Of a stretch of 64,000 bases of DNA, positions 28,691 to 37,820 are shown in pieces (within the stretch, counting starts at the first letter, position 1; each line of letters starts with the position of its first letter). The stretch is taken from contig JAILWI010000002.1 in the NCBI GenBank assembly GCA_025699005.1, positions 217,778 through 281,777 on the forward strand. Reading direction: 5' to 3'. A program made the translations under genes and the position numbers. The notes under the pieces are model-generated. The model was not told the DNA's origin. It did no database searches and saw only the letters and a program-made list of their open reading frames with translations. The stretch comes from Chloroflexota bacterium. Its GTDB lineage: Bacteria; Chloroflexota; Limnocylindria; QHBO01.

Positions 28691-29580
28691 GTCGACACGC
28701 CCCGGTAGCGAACGGCGAGCGTCGCCAGCGAGGCTCCCAGCAGGACGGCCGTCGCGAGGCCATAGATCGGCAGAGCGACGCCGGCGCCGGTCACCGGCGA
28801 CTCGGCCACTCCGCCTCCGAAGAGCCACTGGCGCGTTCCGTCCAGGATCGCGAGCGGGTTCGTGAAGGGGGCGATCGACTCCAGCCCGCCACCGACCTCC
28901 TGGAGCGTCCCGCTGATCACGCCGCCGATGAGGAAGACCGCGAGCACGGCGCCCGCCGCGTAGGCCCGGCGTCCGGCCAGCGAGCAGATGGCGAGCCCCA
29001 GGCTGGCCAGCACGAACGCGTGGATCAGGCCGCTCCCGAAGATCGCCGGGAGCGCGCCGATCTCGTCGCCGAGCGCGCCGAGCAGGTCCTCGGCGGCGAG
29101 CACGCGGCCGGCGAACAGCACGAGGACCGGCAGCAGCGTGAGTCCCAGGACCGCCAGGCTCAGCGCCGCCAGCTTCGCCGCGACGTAGTCGGCACGCCCG
29201 ATCGGCCGGCTGAAGTAGAGGGGCAGGACCCGGTGCCGCAGGTCGTTCACGACCAGCTCCGGCGCCTGGGCGGCGATGAAGATCGGCAGCAGCGCGCCGA
29301 TGCCCCACACGTAGTTTTCGTAGCTGTAGAGCTCGACGATGTCGCCGACCAGGACCCGGATCGCCACCGCCACGCCGGCGGGAAGGAGCCCCAGCACGAG
29401 CGTCCCCCACGGAATGATCTTCGAGCGCCCGCCCCGTCCGAGGCCCAAGGTGGCGCGGAGCCCCGCGCCGACGATGGCGCCGATGGCGCCTCGTCGGCCG
29501 AGCCGTGGGCCCTCGTAGCGCCGGTACCCGAGGTCGTAGATCGTGCTGGCCGAGTCAGGCGACGTGGACATCGGCCTCAC
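28687..29580 (-). CDS. ABC-2 type transporter permease
   Basis: IYDLGYRRYEGPR N-terminal motif followed by 6 TM helices. Confidence 0.7.
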   Translation of the reverse strand: MRPMSTSPDSASTIYDLGYRRYEGPRLGRRGAIGAIVGAGLRATLGLGRGGRSKIIPWGTLVLGLLPAGVAVAIRVLVGDIVELYSYENYVWGIGALLPIFIAAQAPELVVNDLRHRVLPLYFSRPIGRADYVAAKLAALSLAVLGLTLLPVLVLFAGRVLAAEDLLGALGDEIGALPAIFGSGLIHAFVLASLGLAICSLAGRRAYAAGAVLAVFLIGGVISGTLQEVGGGLESIAPFTNPLAILDGTRQWLFGGGVAESPVTGAGVALPIYGLATAVLLGASLATLAVRYRGVST

Positions 29581-30487
29581 CCCGGAACAGATCCTCGAGC
29601 TGATGCCGCCGCGCCTCGAGCCGGACGAGCGCGAGATCCAGGGCGACGACCTCGGCGAGCACCGCGTCGTACACCCCCGTCTCGGTCACCGTCTCGCCCG
29701 TCGCCAGGTCCACGATGACGACGCGGCCGTCGGCCGTGGCTTCGATCCCGCGCGCAGCGAGACGGCGTGCGAGCTCGTCGGCGGGCTCCTCGAGCTCGAC
29801 GAGCAGCTGTCCCGTGCGCTCGGTGAACGTCGCCAGCGGCGCGGTCCGCAGCAGCCGGCCGGCGTCGATCGCCACGAGCCAGGTGGCGACCCGCTCGATC
29901 TCGCCGAGCAGGTGGCTCGCCACGATGACCGCGATGCCGAACTCGCGTCCGATCCGCTCGATGAGGGCCAGCATCTCGTCGCGCCCGGCCGGGTCGAGGC
30001 CGTTCGTCGGCTCGTCGAGGAAGAGGAGCCGCGGGTCGTGCACGAGGGCCTGGGCCAGCTTCACGCGCTGCTTCATGCCCGTCGAGTAGCCGCCGATCGG
30101 CCGGTAGCGCTCCTCGTAGAGGCCGACGTGGCGCAGGACGTCCGCGGTCCGTTCGCGCGCCGCACCGGCCGGAAGGCCCGAGACGCGGCCCATGTGCGCG
30201 ACGAACTCGGTGGCCGAGACGTCGGGCGGCAGGCTCTCGTGCTCCGGCATGTACCCGACGAGCTGGCGGATTGCCGGGCCCTGGGTCTGGCTGTCGAGGT
30301 CGAGGACCGTGGCCTGGCCATCGGTCGGTGGCAGCAGCCCGAGCAGGATCTTGATGAGCGTGCTCTTGCCGGCGCCGTTCGCTCCGACGAGGCCGATGAT
30401 GCCCGGCTCCAGCTCGACGCTCAGGGCGTCGAGCGCGGTCACGCCGGGATAGCGCTTCGTCAGCGCTCGGGTGCTGATGAGGGGCAT
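29555..30487 (-). CDS. ABC transporter ATP-binding protein
   Basis: Walker A GANGAGKST, signature GYSTGMKQR, Walker B LFLDEP. Confidence 0.85.
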   Translation of the reverse strand: MPLISTRALTKRYPGVTALDALSVELEPGIIGLVGANGAGKSTLIKILLGLLPPTDGQATVLDLDSQTQGPAIRQLVGYMPEHESLPPDVSATEFVAHMGRVSGLPAGAARERTADVLRHVGLYEERYRPIGGYSTGMKQRVKLAQALVHDPRLLFLDEPTNGLDPAGRDEMLALIERIGREFGIAVIVASHLLGEIERVATWLVAIDAGRLLRTAPLATFTERTGQLLVELEEPADELARRLAARGIEATADGRVVIVDLATGETVTETGVYDAVLAEVVALDLALVRLEARRHQLEDLFRGEADVHVA

Positions 30488-30557
30488 GCCGGCTCAGTGT
30501 ACGGGGGGAGGCCGGTTTGCTCGCCCCGTCCTGCACCGGCTGCGCCATCGGCACCCG

Positions 30558-30752
30558 CTACATGTGCGGTTCGTACGACGGGTCGAAGTACCTGGCGGGA
30601 TCCTCGGTGAAGTCCAGCTTGCAGCCCTTGCCGCAGAAGAAGTAGGTCTCGCCGTCGTGCTCGGCAGTCAGGCCCTGTGCCGCCGCGATCTCGCGGTTCA
30701 CGTCCATGCCGCACACCGGATCCTTGGCCGCGGCCATCTCGAGCTCGTTCAT
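30558..30752 (-). CDS. YHS-domain (TRASH-like) metal-binding small protein
   Basis: 64 aa. DPVCGMDV...YFFCGKGC conserved YHS cysteine pattern. Immediately downstream of copA on the same strand. Confidence 0.7.
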   Translation of the reverse strand: MNELEMAAAKDPVCGMDVNREIAAAQGLTAEHDGETYFFCGKGCKLDFTEDPARYFDPSYEPHM

Positions 30753-30777
30753 CGATCGATCTCCATCTCGCAGGGAT

Positions 30778-33036
30778 TCACGCGGCGCGGAACGCCCGCA
30801 GCCGCAGGGAGTTGGTGACCACGCTGACGCTCGAGAGCGCCATCGCGCCGGCCGCCAGGGCCGGGTTCAGCAGGAGGCCTGCCAGCGGGAAGAGGAGGCC
30901 GGCGGCCACAGGGATGAGCAGGATGTTGTAGCCGAAGGCCCAACCGAGGTTCTGGCGGATCGTGCGCATCGTCGCGCGCGACAGCCGGACCGCGGCGGGG
31001 ACGCCTCCGAGGTCGTCGCCGACCAGCGTGATGTCGGACGCCTCGAGCGCCACGTCGGCGCCCGTGCCGATGGCGATGCCGAGATCGGCCTGGGCGAGCG
31101 CCGGAGCATCGTTCACGCCGTCCCCGACCATCGCCACGACCCCGCCGGCCTCCTGGAGCTCCGCGACGCGCGCCGCCTTGTCGCCCGGCAGCACCTCGGC
31201 GAGGATTCGGTCGGGCGTGATGCCGACCTCCGCGCCGATGGCCTCGGCGGTCGCCCGCCGGTCGCCGCTGATCATCCACACGTCGAGCCCGGCCGCCTGG
31301 AGGCGCCGGATCGCCGTGGCCGACGCAGGCTTCACCGGATCGGCGAGACCGAGGGCGCCGATGTACTGCCCGTCGCGGGCGACGTGGACGGCAGAGCCGA
31401 GGCCGACGTCGACCCCCTCGCCCCCCGGGAGCTCGATGCCGGAATCGGCGAGGAAGCTCGGCGTTCCCGCGAGAACCGCCTGGGCGTCGACCATGCCGCT
31501 GACACCACGGCCGGCGACGGAGGCGAAGTCGGCCGGCTCGCCGATCGGCACTTCGAGCTCGGTCGCATGCCGCACGATGGCCTCCGCCAGCGGATGCTCG
31601 CTCGCCCGTTCCAGGGTTGCCGCGATGCGCAGCAGGTCGCGCTCGTCGACGCCGGCCATCGGCTCGATGGCGGTGACCGCCGGCTCGCCGCGCGTGATCG
31701 TGCCGGTCTTGTCGAGGACAACGGTGGTGATCCGCTGCGCGTGCTCGAGCGCGGCGCCGTCCCGGATGAGGATCCCGTTCTCGGCACCCTTGCCGGTGCC
31801 GACCATGATCGCCGTGGGCGTCGCCAGGCCCATCGCGCACGGGCAGGCGATGATGAGCACCGCGATGGCGCTCGTCAGGGCGTAGGTCAGCTTCGGCTCC
31901 GGGCCGAAGATCATCCAGCCGATGAAGGTGAGCGTCGCAATGCCGATCACGACCGGCACGAACCAGCCAGTCACCCGGTCGGCGACGCGCTGGATCGGCG
32001 CCTTCGAGCCCTGGGCGCGCTCGACGAGCGCCACGATCTGGGCAAGGGTCGTGTCCCGCCCGATGCGCTCGGCACGGAGCACGAAGGACCCGCTCGTGTT
32101 CATCGTCGCGCCGATCGCCCGATCGCCGGTCCGCTTCTCCACCGGGAGAGACTCACCGGTGAGCATCGACTCGTCGACCGCCGACGCCCCGTCGATGATC
32201 ACGCCATCCACCGGCACGCGGTCTCCCGGGCGGACGCGGACGAGGTCACCGACGACGACCTGGTCGACCGGGATCTCGCGTTCGCCGCCCTCGCGCAGGA
32301 CGCGCGCCGTGTCGGGCCGGAGCTTGAGCAGCGCCTTCACCGCACCGGCGGCCTGGCCCTTGGCCCGTGCCTCCAACCAGCGGCCGAACAGGATGAGGCC
32401 GATGATGATCGCCGCGGAGTCGAAGTAGGTCTCGTGACCGAGACCGGAGGCCATGACGACATCCGGGAGGAGGGTCACGAAGACCGAGTACCCGTAGGCG
32501 GCGAGCGTGCCCATCGCCACGAGCGTGTTCATGTTCGCCTCGAAGTGGCGAGCGCCGCGCAGTGCCGCGACGAGGAAGCGACGGCCGTAGACGAACTGGA
32601 CGATCGTGGCGGGGATGAGGAACCAGCGGTTGACGTCGATCATCGGCCACGGCGTCCCACCCGGCCAGAACATGATCGCCATCATCACGGCTCCGACGCC
32701 CAGCGACGCGATCGCCCCGGTCAGGAGCTCGCGACGCTCGCCGGCACGCTCCGCCTCGTCCGTGGCCTCCGACGCATCGGCCGTGGCCGAGCTGGCTGCG
32801 GCCTCCCGGCCGACTTCGTAGCCGGCGGCCTCGATGGCCGCGACGATCCGGCCGCGGTCGATGCGTGCAGGGTCGAATCGAACCGTGGCGCGCTCGGTGG
32901 CGAGATCGACCGATGCCTCCGCTACGCCATCGGCTCGATTCAGGTGACGCTCGATGCGGTTGACGCAGCTGGCGCAGGTCATGCCGACCACGGGCAGGGT
33001 GATCTCGTCGGGTGCGGTCGAGGGGGTCGCGGTCAT
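30778..33036 (-). CDS. copA: copper-translocating P1B-type ATPase
   Basis: N-terminal HMA domain [15 protein letters not shown] motif in TM6, DKTGTIT phosphorylation site, [10 protein letters not shown]. Start refined to the internal ATG at 33036. Confidence 0.9.
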   Translation of the reverse strand: MTATPSTAPDEITLPVVGMTCASCVNRIERHLNRADGVAEASVDLATERATVRFDPARIDRGRIVAAIEAAGYEVGREAAASSATADASEATDEAERAGERRELLTGAIASLGVGAVMMAIMFWPGGTPWPMIDVNRWFLIPATIVQFVYGRRFLVAALRGARHFEANMNTLVAMGTLAAYGYSVFVTLLPDVVMASGLGHETYFDSAAIIIGLILFGRWLEARAKGQAAGAVKALLKLRPDTARVLREGGEREIPVDQVVVGDLVRVRPGDRVPVDGVIIDGASAVDESMLTGESLPVEKRTGDRAIGATMNTSGSFVLRAERIGRDTTLAQIVALVERAQGSKAPIQRVADRVTGWFVPVVIGIATLTFIGWMIFGPEPKLTYALTSAIAVLIIACPCAMGLATPTAIMVGTGKGAENGILIRDGAALEHAQRITTVVLDKTGTITRGEPAVTAIEPMAGVDERDLLRIAATLERASEHPLAEAIVRHATELEVPIGEPADFASVAGRGVSGMVDAQAVLAGTPSFLADSGIELPGGEGVDVGLGSAVHVARDGQYIGALGLADPVKPASATAIRRLQAAGLDVWMISGDRRATAEAIGAEVGITPDRILAEVLPGDKAARVAELQEAGGVVAMVGDGVNDAPALAQADLGIAIGTGADVALEASDITLVGDDLGGVPAAVRLSRATMRTIRQNLGWAFGYNILLIPVAAGLLFPLAGLLLNPALAAGAMALSSVSVVTNSLRLRAFRAA

Positions 33037-33044
33037 GGTCGCAG

Positions 33045-33063
33045 TATACTGTAGGGGAGTATA
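33045..33063. promoter_or_regulatory. CsoR-type operator-like palindrome TATACTGTAGGGGAGTATA just upstream of copA
   Basis: ATAC-N9-GTAT with internal GGGG tract, read directly. Resembles known CsoR operators (ATACCCTACGGGGGTAT type). Confidence 0.4.
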
Positions 33064-33129
33064 CCGGCCAAGCCCGTCCATGCGTGCTGGCTTGCGTGCG
33101 GGCACAGCCCTTGCACCGGCTGCGGCGAA

Positions 33130-33609
33130 ATGTCTCAGCGGATGTACATCTTGCCCTCAGGCGATTCAGGCGATTCCGGCTCCGATCCACGCTCGTCCGA
33201 CGCGATGCGTGCGTCGGCGCCTGCCGCCTTCATCGTCGACGACGACCCGATGACGCTCGAGCTGCTGTCCGAGGTGGCGGCCGACGCCGGGTGGATCGTG
33301 CACCGCTTCACGCGGCTCCAGGAAGTGCGGCGCCGTCTCGAGCACGAGCTGCCGACGCTCCTCATCCTCGACGATGACCTGCCGGATGGTCGGGGTGGCG
33401 ATCTCGCGCGGGAGCTCCGCCGCAATGCCCGGATGGCGGGCACGCCCGTGCTCGTCTGCACGGCCGCGCAGCCGATCCGCCAGGCCGAGATCGGCTCGTG
33501 GGCGCCGGTCGTGTCGAAGCCGTTCGACCTCGCCGAGATCGACGCCTTCCTCGAGGCATCGGCGCGCCTGCATCGGCGATCCGACTCGTTCGGTGAGCGG
33601 GCAGGGTAG
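33130..33609 (+). CDS. single-domain response regulator (CheY-like receiver only)
   Basis: [13 protein letters not shown]...[13 protein letters not shown] receiver motifs with phospho-acceptor Asp. No output domain. An alternative ATG at 33205 would give a 134 aa product. Confidence 0.65.
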   Translation: MSQRMYILPSGDSGDSGSDPRSSDAMRASAPAAFIVDDDPMTLELLSEVAADAGWIVHRFTRLQEVRRRLEHELPTLLILDDDLPDGRGGDLARELRRNARMAGTPVLVCTAAQPIRQAEIGSWAPVVSKPFDLAEIDAFLEASARLHRRSDSFGERAG

Positions 33610-33618
33610 TGTGAGCGC

Positions 33619-34821
33619 GTGCGCGCGCTCTTCCTGACCAACGAGTTCCCGCCCTCCATCTACGGGGGCGCCGGCGTCCACGTCGACGAGCTCACCCGTC
33701 ACCTGCGCGCCTATCTCGAGCTCGACATCCGCACCTTCGGAGATCACGACGCGCTCGAGGACGGGTGGCGTGTCCGCGGCTACCCCGTGGCGCACGACCT
33801 CGCGACCGCCGACGATCGGCTGCGACCGATGCTCTCCGCGCTGTCCCGCGACATCGCCATGGTGGCGGACCTGGTCAGCGCCGACGTCGTCCACGCCCAC
33901 ACCTGGTACACGCACCTCGCCGGCATGCTCGTGCGGCTGGCGTACGGCATCCCCTTCGTGCTGACGGTACATTCGCTCGAGCCGCTGCGACCCTGGAAGC
34001 GCGAGCAGCTCGGCGGGGGCTACGACGTGAGCTCGTGGGTCGAGCGAACGGCGATGGAATCGGCGGACGCGGTCATCGCGGTGAGCGAGGGGACCCGCCA
34101 GGACGTGCTGCGGCTGTTCGAGGTGGCGCCCGAGCGGATCCACGTCATCCACAACGGCATCGACCCGGAGTTCTATCGCCCGGACGGCGCGACCGATGCG
34201 CTGCGGCGGCACGGCGTCGATCCCGACGTCCCCTACGTTCTCTTCGTGGGGCGCATCACGCGACAGAAGGGCATCGTCCACCTCGTCCGCGCCATCAGGC
34301 ACCTGGATCCGGGGATCGGGGTCGTGCTCTGCGCCGGGCAGCCCGACACGCCGGAGATCGGCCGCGAGATGGAGGAGGGCGTCCGCGCCGCGCAGGCGGA
34401 GCGGAACAACGTGGTGTGGATCGGCGAGATGGTGAGCCGCACCGACGTCCGCCAGCTCTACAGCCACGCCGCCGTGTTCTGCTGCCCCTCGGTGTACGAG
34501 CCCTTCGGCATCATCAACCTCGAGGCGGCCGCCTGCGAGACGCCGGTCGTGGCATCGGCGGTGGGTGGCATCCCGGAGGTGGTGGTCGACGGCGAGACCG
34601 GCCTGCTCGTCCCCGTCGAGCTGGATATCGAAGACCCGATGTCACCGGTCGACGCTGATCGCTTCGAGCGCAACCTCGCCGGCGCGATCAACGCGCTGAT
34701 GGCCGACGCGGGGACGCGCGACGTCATGGGACGGGCGGGCCGCCGGCGCGCGGTCGAGCACTTCAGCTGGGATGCCATCGCTCGCCAGACCGCCGATCTC
34801 TACCGCACGCTCGTGGAGTGA
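33619..34821 (+). CDS. glgM: GT4 glycosyltransferase of the Corynebacterium-type glycogen synthase family (GlgM-like alpha-maltose-1-phosphate synthase)
   Basis: N-terminus MRALFLTNEFPPSIYGGAGVHVDELTRHL is near-identical in pattern to mycobacterial GlgM / Corynebacterium GlgA. GT4 E-x7-E region. GTG start. Confidence 0.75.
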   Translation: MRALFLTNEFPPSIYGGAGVHVDELTRHLRAYLELDIRTFGDHDALEDGWRVRGYPVAHDLATADDRLRPMLSALSRDIAMVADLVSADVVHAHTWYTHLAGMLVRLAYGIPFVLTVHSLEPLRPWKREQLGGGYDVSSWVERTAMESADAVIAVSEGTRQDVLRLFEVAPERIHVIHNGIDPEFYRPDGATDALRRHGVDPDVPYVLFVGRITRQKGIVHLVRAIRHLDPGIGVVLCAGQPDTPEIGREMEEGVRAAQAERNNVVWIGEMVSRTDVRQLYSHAAVFCCPSVYEPFGIINLEAAACETPVVASAVGGIPEVVVDGETGLLVPVELDIEDPMSPVDADRFERNLAGAINALMADAGTRDVMGRAGRRRAVEHFSWDAIARQTADLYRTLVE

Positions 34822-34916
34822 CGTTCCGGCACTGTCGGCGGAGTGCTTTCCCCGTATATTCGTCGCGTGGTACTTCATCGCATCCTGAACGCCGGCATCG
34901 GCGTGGCGGCGTCCGC

Positions 34917-35117
34917 ATGCTGAACTGGCTGCGCCGCCGATTCCGCAAGCTCGAGCGCCGGTGGATCCCCGACGAGGAGCATCGAACGGCGCACGAGGAG
35001 CGCGTCCGTGACCGGCTCGCCGAGCCCACGCGTCGGCCGGCCGATCCGGCTGCCGACCGCTCCGGTGAGATCGACGCGACGGACACCACGGAGACCGACG
35101 CCGACGAGGGTCGATGA
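34917..35117 (+). CDS. small hypothetical protein (66 aa, Arg-rich N-terminus, acidic C-terminus)
   Basis: ATG at 34917. Stop overlaps the start of the next gene (ATGA). Confidence 0.35.
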   Translation: MLNWLRRRFRKLERRWIPDEEHRTAHEERVRDRLAEPTRRPADPAADRSGEIDATDTTETDADEGR

Positions 35118-35473
35118 CGGCGACCGCCCTCATCCTGCGGGCCGAGGCGGTCGTCCTCTTCATCGCCGGGGTTCTCGTCTACCTCCAGCTCAACGGCCAT
35201 CCGCTCCTCCTGCTGCCGCTCCTGCTGGCCCCTGACATCTCGATGCTCGGCTACCTCGGCGGGCCGCGCCTGGGGGCCATCACCTACAACCTCGCCCACA
35301 ACCTCGCCACGGCGCTCATCGTGCTGGCCGTCGGATGGTTCGCCGCGGTCGCGCCGCTGGCGCTGGCCGGCGCATTGCTCGTCGCGCACGTCGGGATGGA
35401 TCGGTCCCTGGGGTACGGCCTGAAGCTGTCGACCGGCTTCCGCGACACGCACCTGGGGCGGATCGGCCGATAA
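35114..35473 (+). CDS. small integral membrane protein (DUF4260-like)
   Basis: 119 aa, 3-4 TM helices, conserved YNLAHN-like motif. Confidence 0.5.
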   Translation: MTATALILRAEAVVLFIAGVLVYLQLNGHPLLLLPLLLAPDISMLGYLGGPRLGAITYNLAHNLATALIVLAVGWFAAVAPLALAGALLVAHVGMDRSLGYGLKLSTGFRDTHLGRIGR

Positions 35474-35480
35474 TCGACCG

Positions 35481-36875
35481 ATGCACGGCCACGCGCATCA
35501 GATCACCCGCCGCCGGCTGCTCGTCATGGGTGCGACGGCGTCCGCCGCCGGTCTGGCTGCCTGTGCGACGCCGATCCCGAGCCTGACCGTGAGACCGTCG
35601 GCATCGGCGGCTCCGACGTCCTCGGAGCCCACGCCGAGTCCGTCGCCGGCCTCCGAGCCGACCTCGCGGCCGTCACCGGCCCCGGCAGGGCGGACGCTGT
35701 ACCGCGATGCCGCACTGGCCGACGGCCGTTCGGCCGAGCTCCAGCGGAACGTCAGCATCCTCGTCGAGGACGGGCGCATCGCGTGGATCCGGCCGCGCGA
35801 CGGCGAGGAGGATGCGTCGGGAGCCGAGGTCGTGGACTGCGCCGGGGCGACTGCCGTCCCGGGCATGGTGGACTGCCACAGCCACGTCACCGGGCCCGGT
35901 GGCGCGAACTGGATCGAGCGCTTCAACGATCCTCCCGAGACGCTGCTCGGGGTCGCGGAGCACAACGGGCGCATCGGCCTTGCGGCTGGCGTGCGCTGGA
36001 TGCGCGACGTGGGTTCGCCGATCGGGGTGGACCCGACGGATGGTGTCGAGCGAGCCCTGGCCCTCGCCGTGCGCGACCGCTGGGCCGGCCGTCGCGACCG
36101 TCCGTACCTGCGCGCTGCCGGTTCGTGGATCTTCAAGCGCGGCGTGAATCCGATGCGCTCCGCGATCGAGGCCGAGACCGCCGACGAGCTGCTGGCCGCC
36201 GCCGTCGGGCAGCTCGATGCCGGCGCCGATCTTGTCAAGCTCTACATGGACGGGCCCGACGTGAACACCTCGCCGTGGACCGCCGCGGAGGTGGAGCGAG
36301 TCGTCGAAACGGCCCATGCCCGCGGCGCTCGCGTCGCGGCGCACTCGGGGCGATTGTCGGGGGCTCGGGAAGCGGTGCTGGGCGGCGTCGACTCGGTCGA
36401 GCACGGGTTCGACCTCGACGCGGCAACGGCCTCGGAGATGGCGGCGCGCGGCACGACCCTCGTCAGCACCCTCTCGGTCATGCGGTCGTGGCTGAGCTTC
36501 GGAGCGACCACGACGATGGACCGATTCGCCGGAGAGGCCGGCCGAGCCTCCATCCAGGCCCGGCTCGAGCAAGGCGAGGCGTCGGTGCGCACCGCGCGGG
36601 ACGCCGGGGTTCGGATCGCCACCGGCAGCGACTTCGGGGGCGGCTCGCTGCGGGCGAACCAGCTCGCCTGGGAGGTCACGAGCCTCGTGGCCGCCGGCCT
36701 CGAGCCGGTCGATGCCGTGGCTGCGGCGACATGGCGCGGCGGCGAGCTCATCGGCGAGCAGGACGCCGGCCTGATCCGCGAGGGTGGCCCGGGTGACTTC
36801 TTCCTCGTCCATGGCGACCCGCTGAGCGACCCGGAGTCGCTCTGGCGCGTGTGGCGCACGTCCTGGGGCGCCTAG
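35481..36875 (+). CDS. amidohydrolase-family metal-dependent hydrolase, Tat-exported lipoprotein
   Basis: RRRLLVMGATASAAGLAAC twin-arginine signal plus lipobox. VDCHSHV metal-binding HxH motif, downstream His/Asp blocks. Confidence 0.8.
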   Translation: MHGHAHQITRRRLLVMGATASAAGLAACATPIPSLTVRPSASAAPTSSEPTPSPSPASEPTSRPSPAPAGRTLYRDAALADGRSAELQRNVSILVEDGRIAWIRPRDGEEDASGAEVVDCAGATAVPGMVDCHSHVTGPGGANWIERFNDPPETLLGVAEHNGRIGLAAGVRWMRDVGSPIGVDPTDGVERALALAVRDRWAGRRDRPYLRAAGSWIFKRGVNPMRSAIEAETADELLAAAVGQLDAGADLVKLYMDGPDVNTSPWTAAEVERVVETAHARGARVAAHSGRLSGAREAVLGGVDSVEHGFDLDAATASEMAARGTTLVSTLSVMRSWLSFGATTTMDRFAGEAGRASIQARLEQGEASVRTARDAGVRIATGSDFGGGSLRANQLAWEVTSLVAAGLEPVDAVAAATWRGGELIGEQDAGLIREGGPGDFFLVHGDPLSDPESLWRVWRTSWGA

Positions 36876-36914
36876 CCGCCGGTTGCGCGCGCCGCTGCCG
36901 GACCCGGCCGTCGC

Positions 36915-37157
36915 TCAGCCGTCGAACACGGAGCAGCTCATCCGCGGGCTGCGCTCCTCGTCCACTGTCTCGAGGAGGTGGCAGCCAAGGCAATCGTCGA
37001 CGGCCACGATCCCGCCCAGGGGACAGATGACCTCCGACTCGGCCGTCCATCGGAGCTGATGGTGGCACTGCACCCATGAGATGCCCGTCCGCGGCGGGGG
37101 AGGGAGGTGATCCGTTGCAGGCGCCGACGCGCGGCGATCCGTGCGCGCCACGGTCAC
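36915..37157 (-). CDS. small Cys/His-rich hypothetical protein (possible metal-binding)
   Basis: 80 aa ORF whose ATG overlaps the stop of the upstream CBS gene (ATGA). Cys pattern C-x13-C-x10-C-x2-CH. Confidence 0.3.
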   Translation of the reverse strand: MTVARTDRRASAPATDHLPPPPRTGISWVQCHHQLRWTAESEVICPLGGIVAVDDCLGCHLLETVDEERSPRMSCSVFDG

Positions 37158-37570
37158 ATCTCCGCGGCGAGCGCCACGAAGTCCATGGCGGACAGGACGC
37201 CCACGGGCCGGCCGTGGTCGTCGACGGCCACCAGGCGATGGAGGTGCTCGTCGTGCATGAGGCGGGCCGCGTCCCGGAGCGTCGCACCGTCGTCGATGGT
37301 CACCGGCGGCGCGCTCATGACCTCGCCGATCAGGACATGGGGGGCCCGGTGCCGGATGAGCTCCTGGACGGATGGCATGGCGAGGTAGAGGAGATCGGTC
37401 TGGCTGATGACGCCGACGAGGTGGCCCTCGGCGTCGGTGACCGGGAGTCCGGTGATGCGGTGCGTTCGCATCATGTCCTCGGCCTCGGTCAGCGAGGCGT
37501 CGGCGCGGATGCAGATCGGATCGATCGTCATGAGGTCAGCGACCCGCAGGTCGGTGGTGATGAGCGTCAT
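37154..37570 (-). CDS. CBS-pair domain protein (hypoxic-response-protein-like)
   Basis: 138 aa, two CBS motifs. GAGGAG RBS upstream of the ATG at 37570. Confidence 0.8.
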   Translation of the reverse strand: MTLITTDLRVADLMTIDPICIRADASLTEAEDMMRTHRITGLPVTDAEGHLVGVISQTDLLYLAMPSVQELIRHRAPHVLIGEVMSAPPVTIDDGATLRDAARLMHDEHLHRLVAVDDHGRPVGVLSAMDFVALAAEM

Positions 37571-37659
37571 CGGAGACTCCTCGCGCGGTGGATGTATGCC
37601 GCCAGCCTCCTCCGCGGCCGGCCGCGCGGCGATGGCCGTCCGGCCCGATCGCCGATGAC

Positions 37660-37742
37660 GAAGGTCCCGATCGGGCTTCCGGCTTCCCGTCGCGCCGGAG
37701 CGATCGTGACCACGGTCCCGCGAGGTCGGGCCGTTCGGCCGA
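37660..37742. promoter_or_regulatory. two copies of a GGTCCCG-N(4-7)-CGGG(C) palindromic motif in the divergent promoter region between the two CBS genes
   Basis: cgAAGGTCCCGATCGGGCttcc and caCGGTCCCGcgaggTCGGGCc, read directly. Confidence 0.4.
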
Positions 37743-37820
37743 TCCGCAACCCGGCAGGAAGGCGGAACCATGGTGCCGATTCGATCCCATCGGACCGACC
37801 CAGCCCGCAGGAGGTGCACC

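Noticed and set aside
27054-29410. Track ORFs of 569 aa and 543 aa suggesting giant fusion proteins
   Set aside because: Each is a real permease or ATPase preceded by a low-complexity read-through of the upstream gene in another frame. Split at the ATGA/GTGA overlaps.
30488-30557. Hairpin ACGGGG-N17-CCCCGT between the YHS gene and the ABC ATPase as a terminator
   Set aside because: Long loop and no U-tract on the transcribed strand. Weak evidence.
33160-33182. Tandem GGCGATTC GGCGATTC repeat at the start of the receiver-domain gene
   Set aside because: Two copies only, inside the probable coding or leader region. Most likely a chance duplication.
37655-37745. Calling the GGTCCC motif a canonical DosR (Dev) box
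   Set aside because: The canonical box is GGGAC-N-GTCCC with GGGAC on the outside. Here the half-sites are in GTCCC...GGG(A)C order. It is reported only as a related candidate motif, not as a DosR box.
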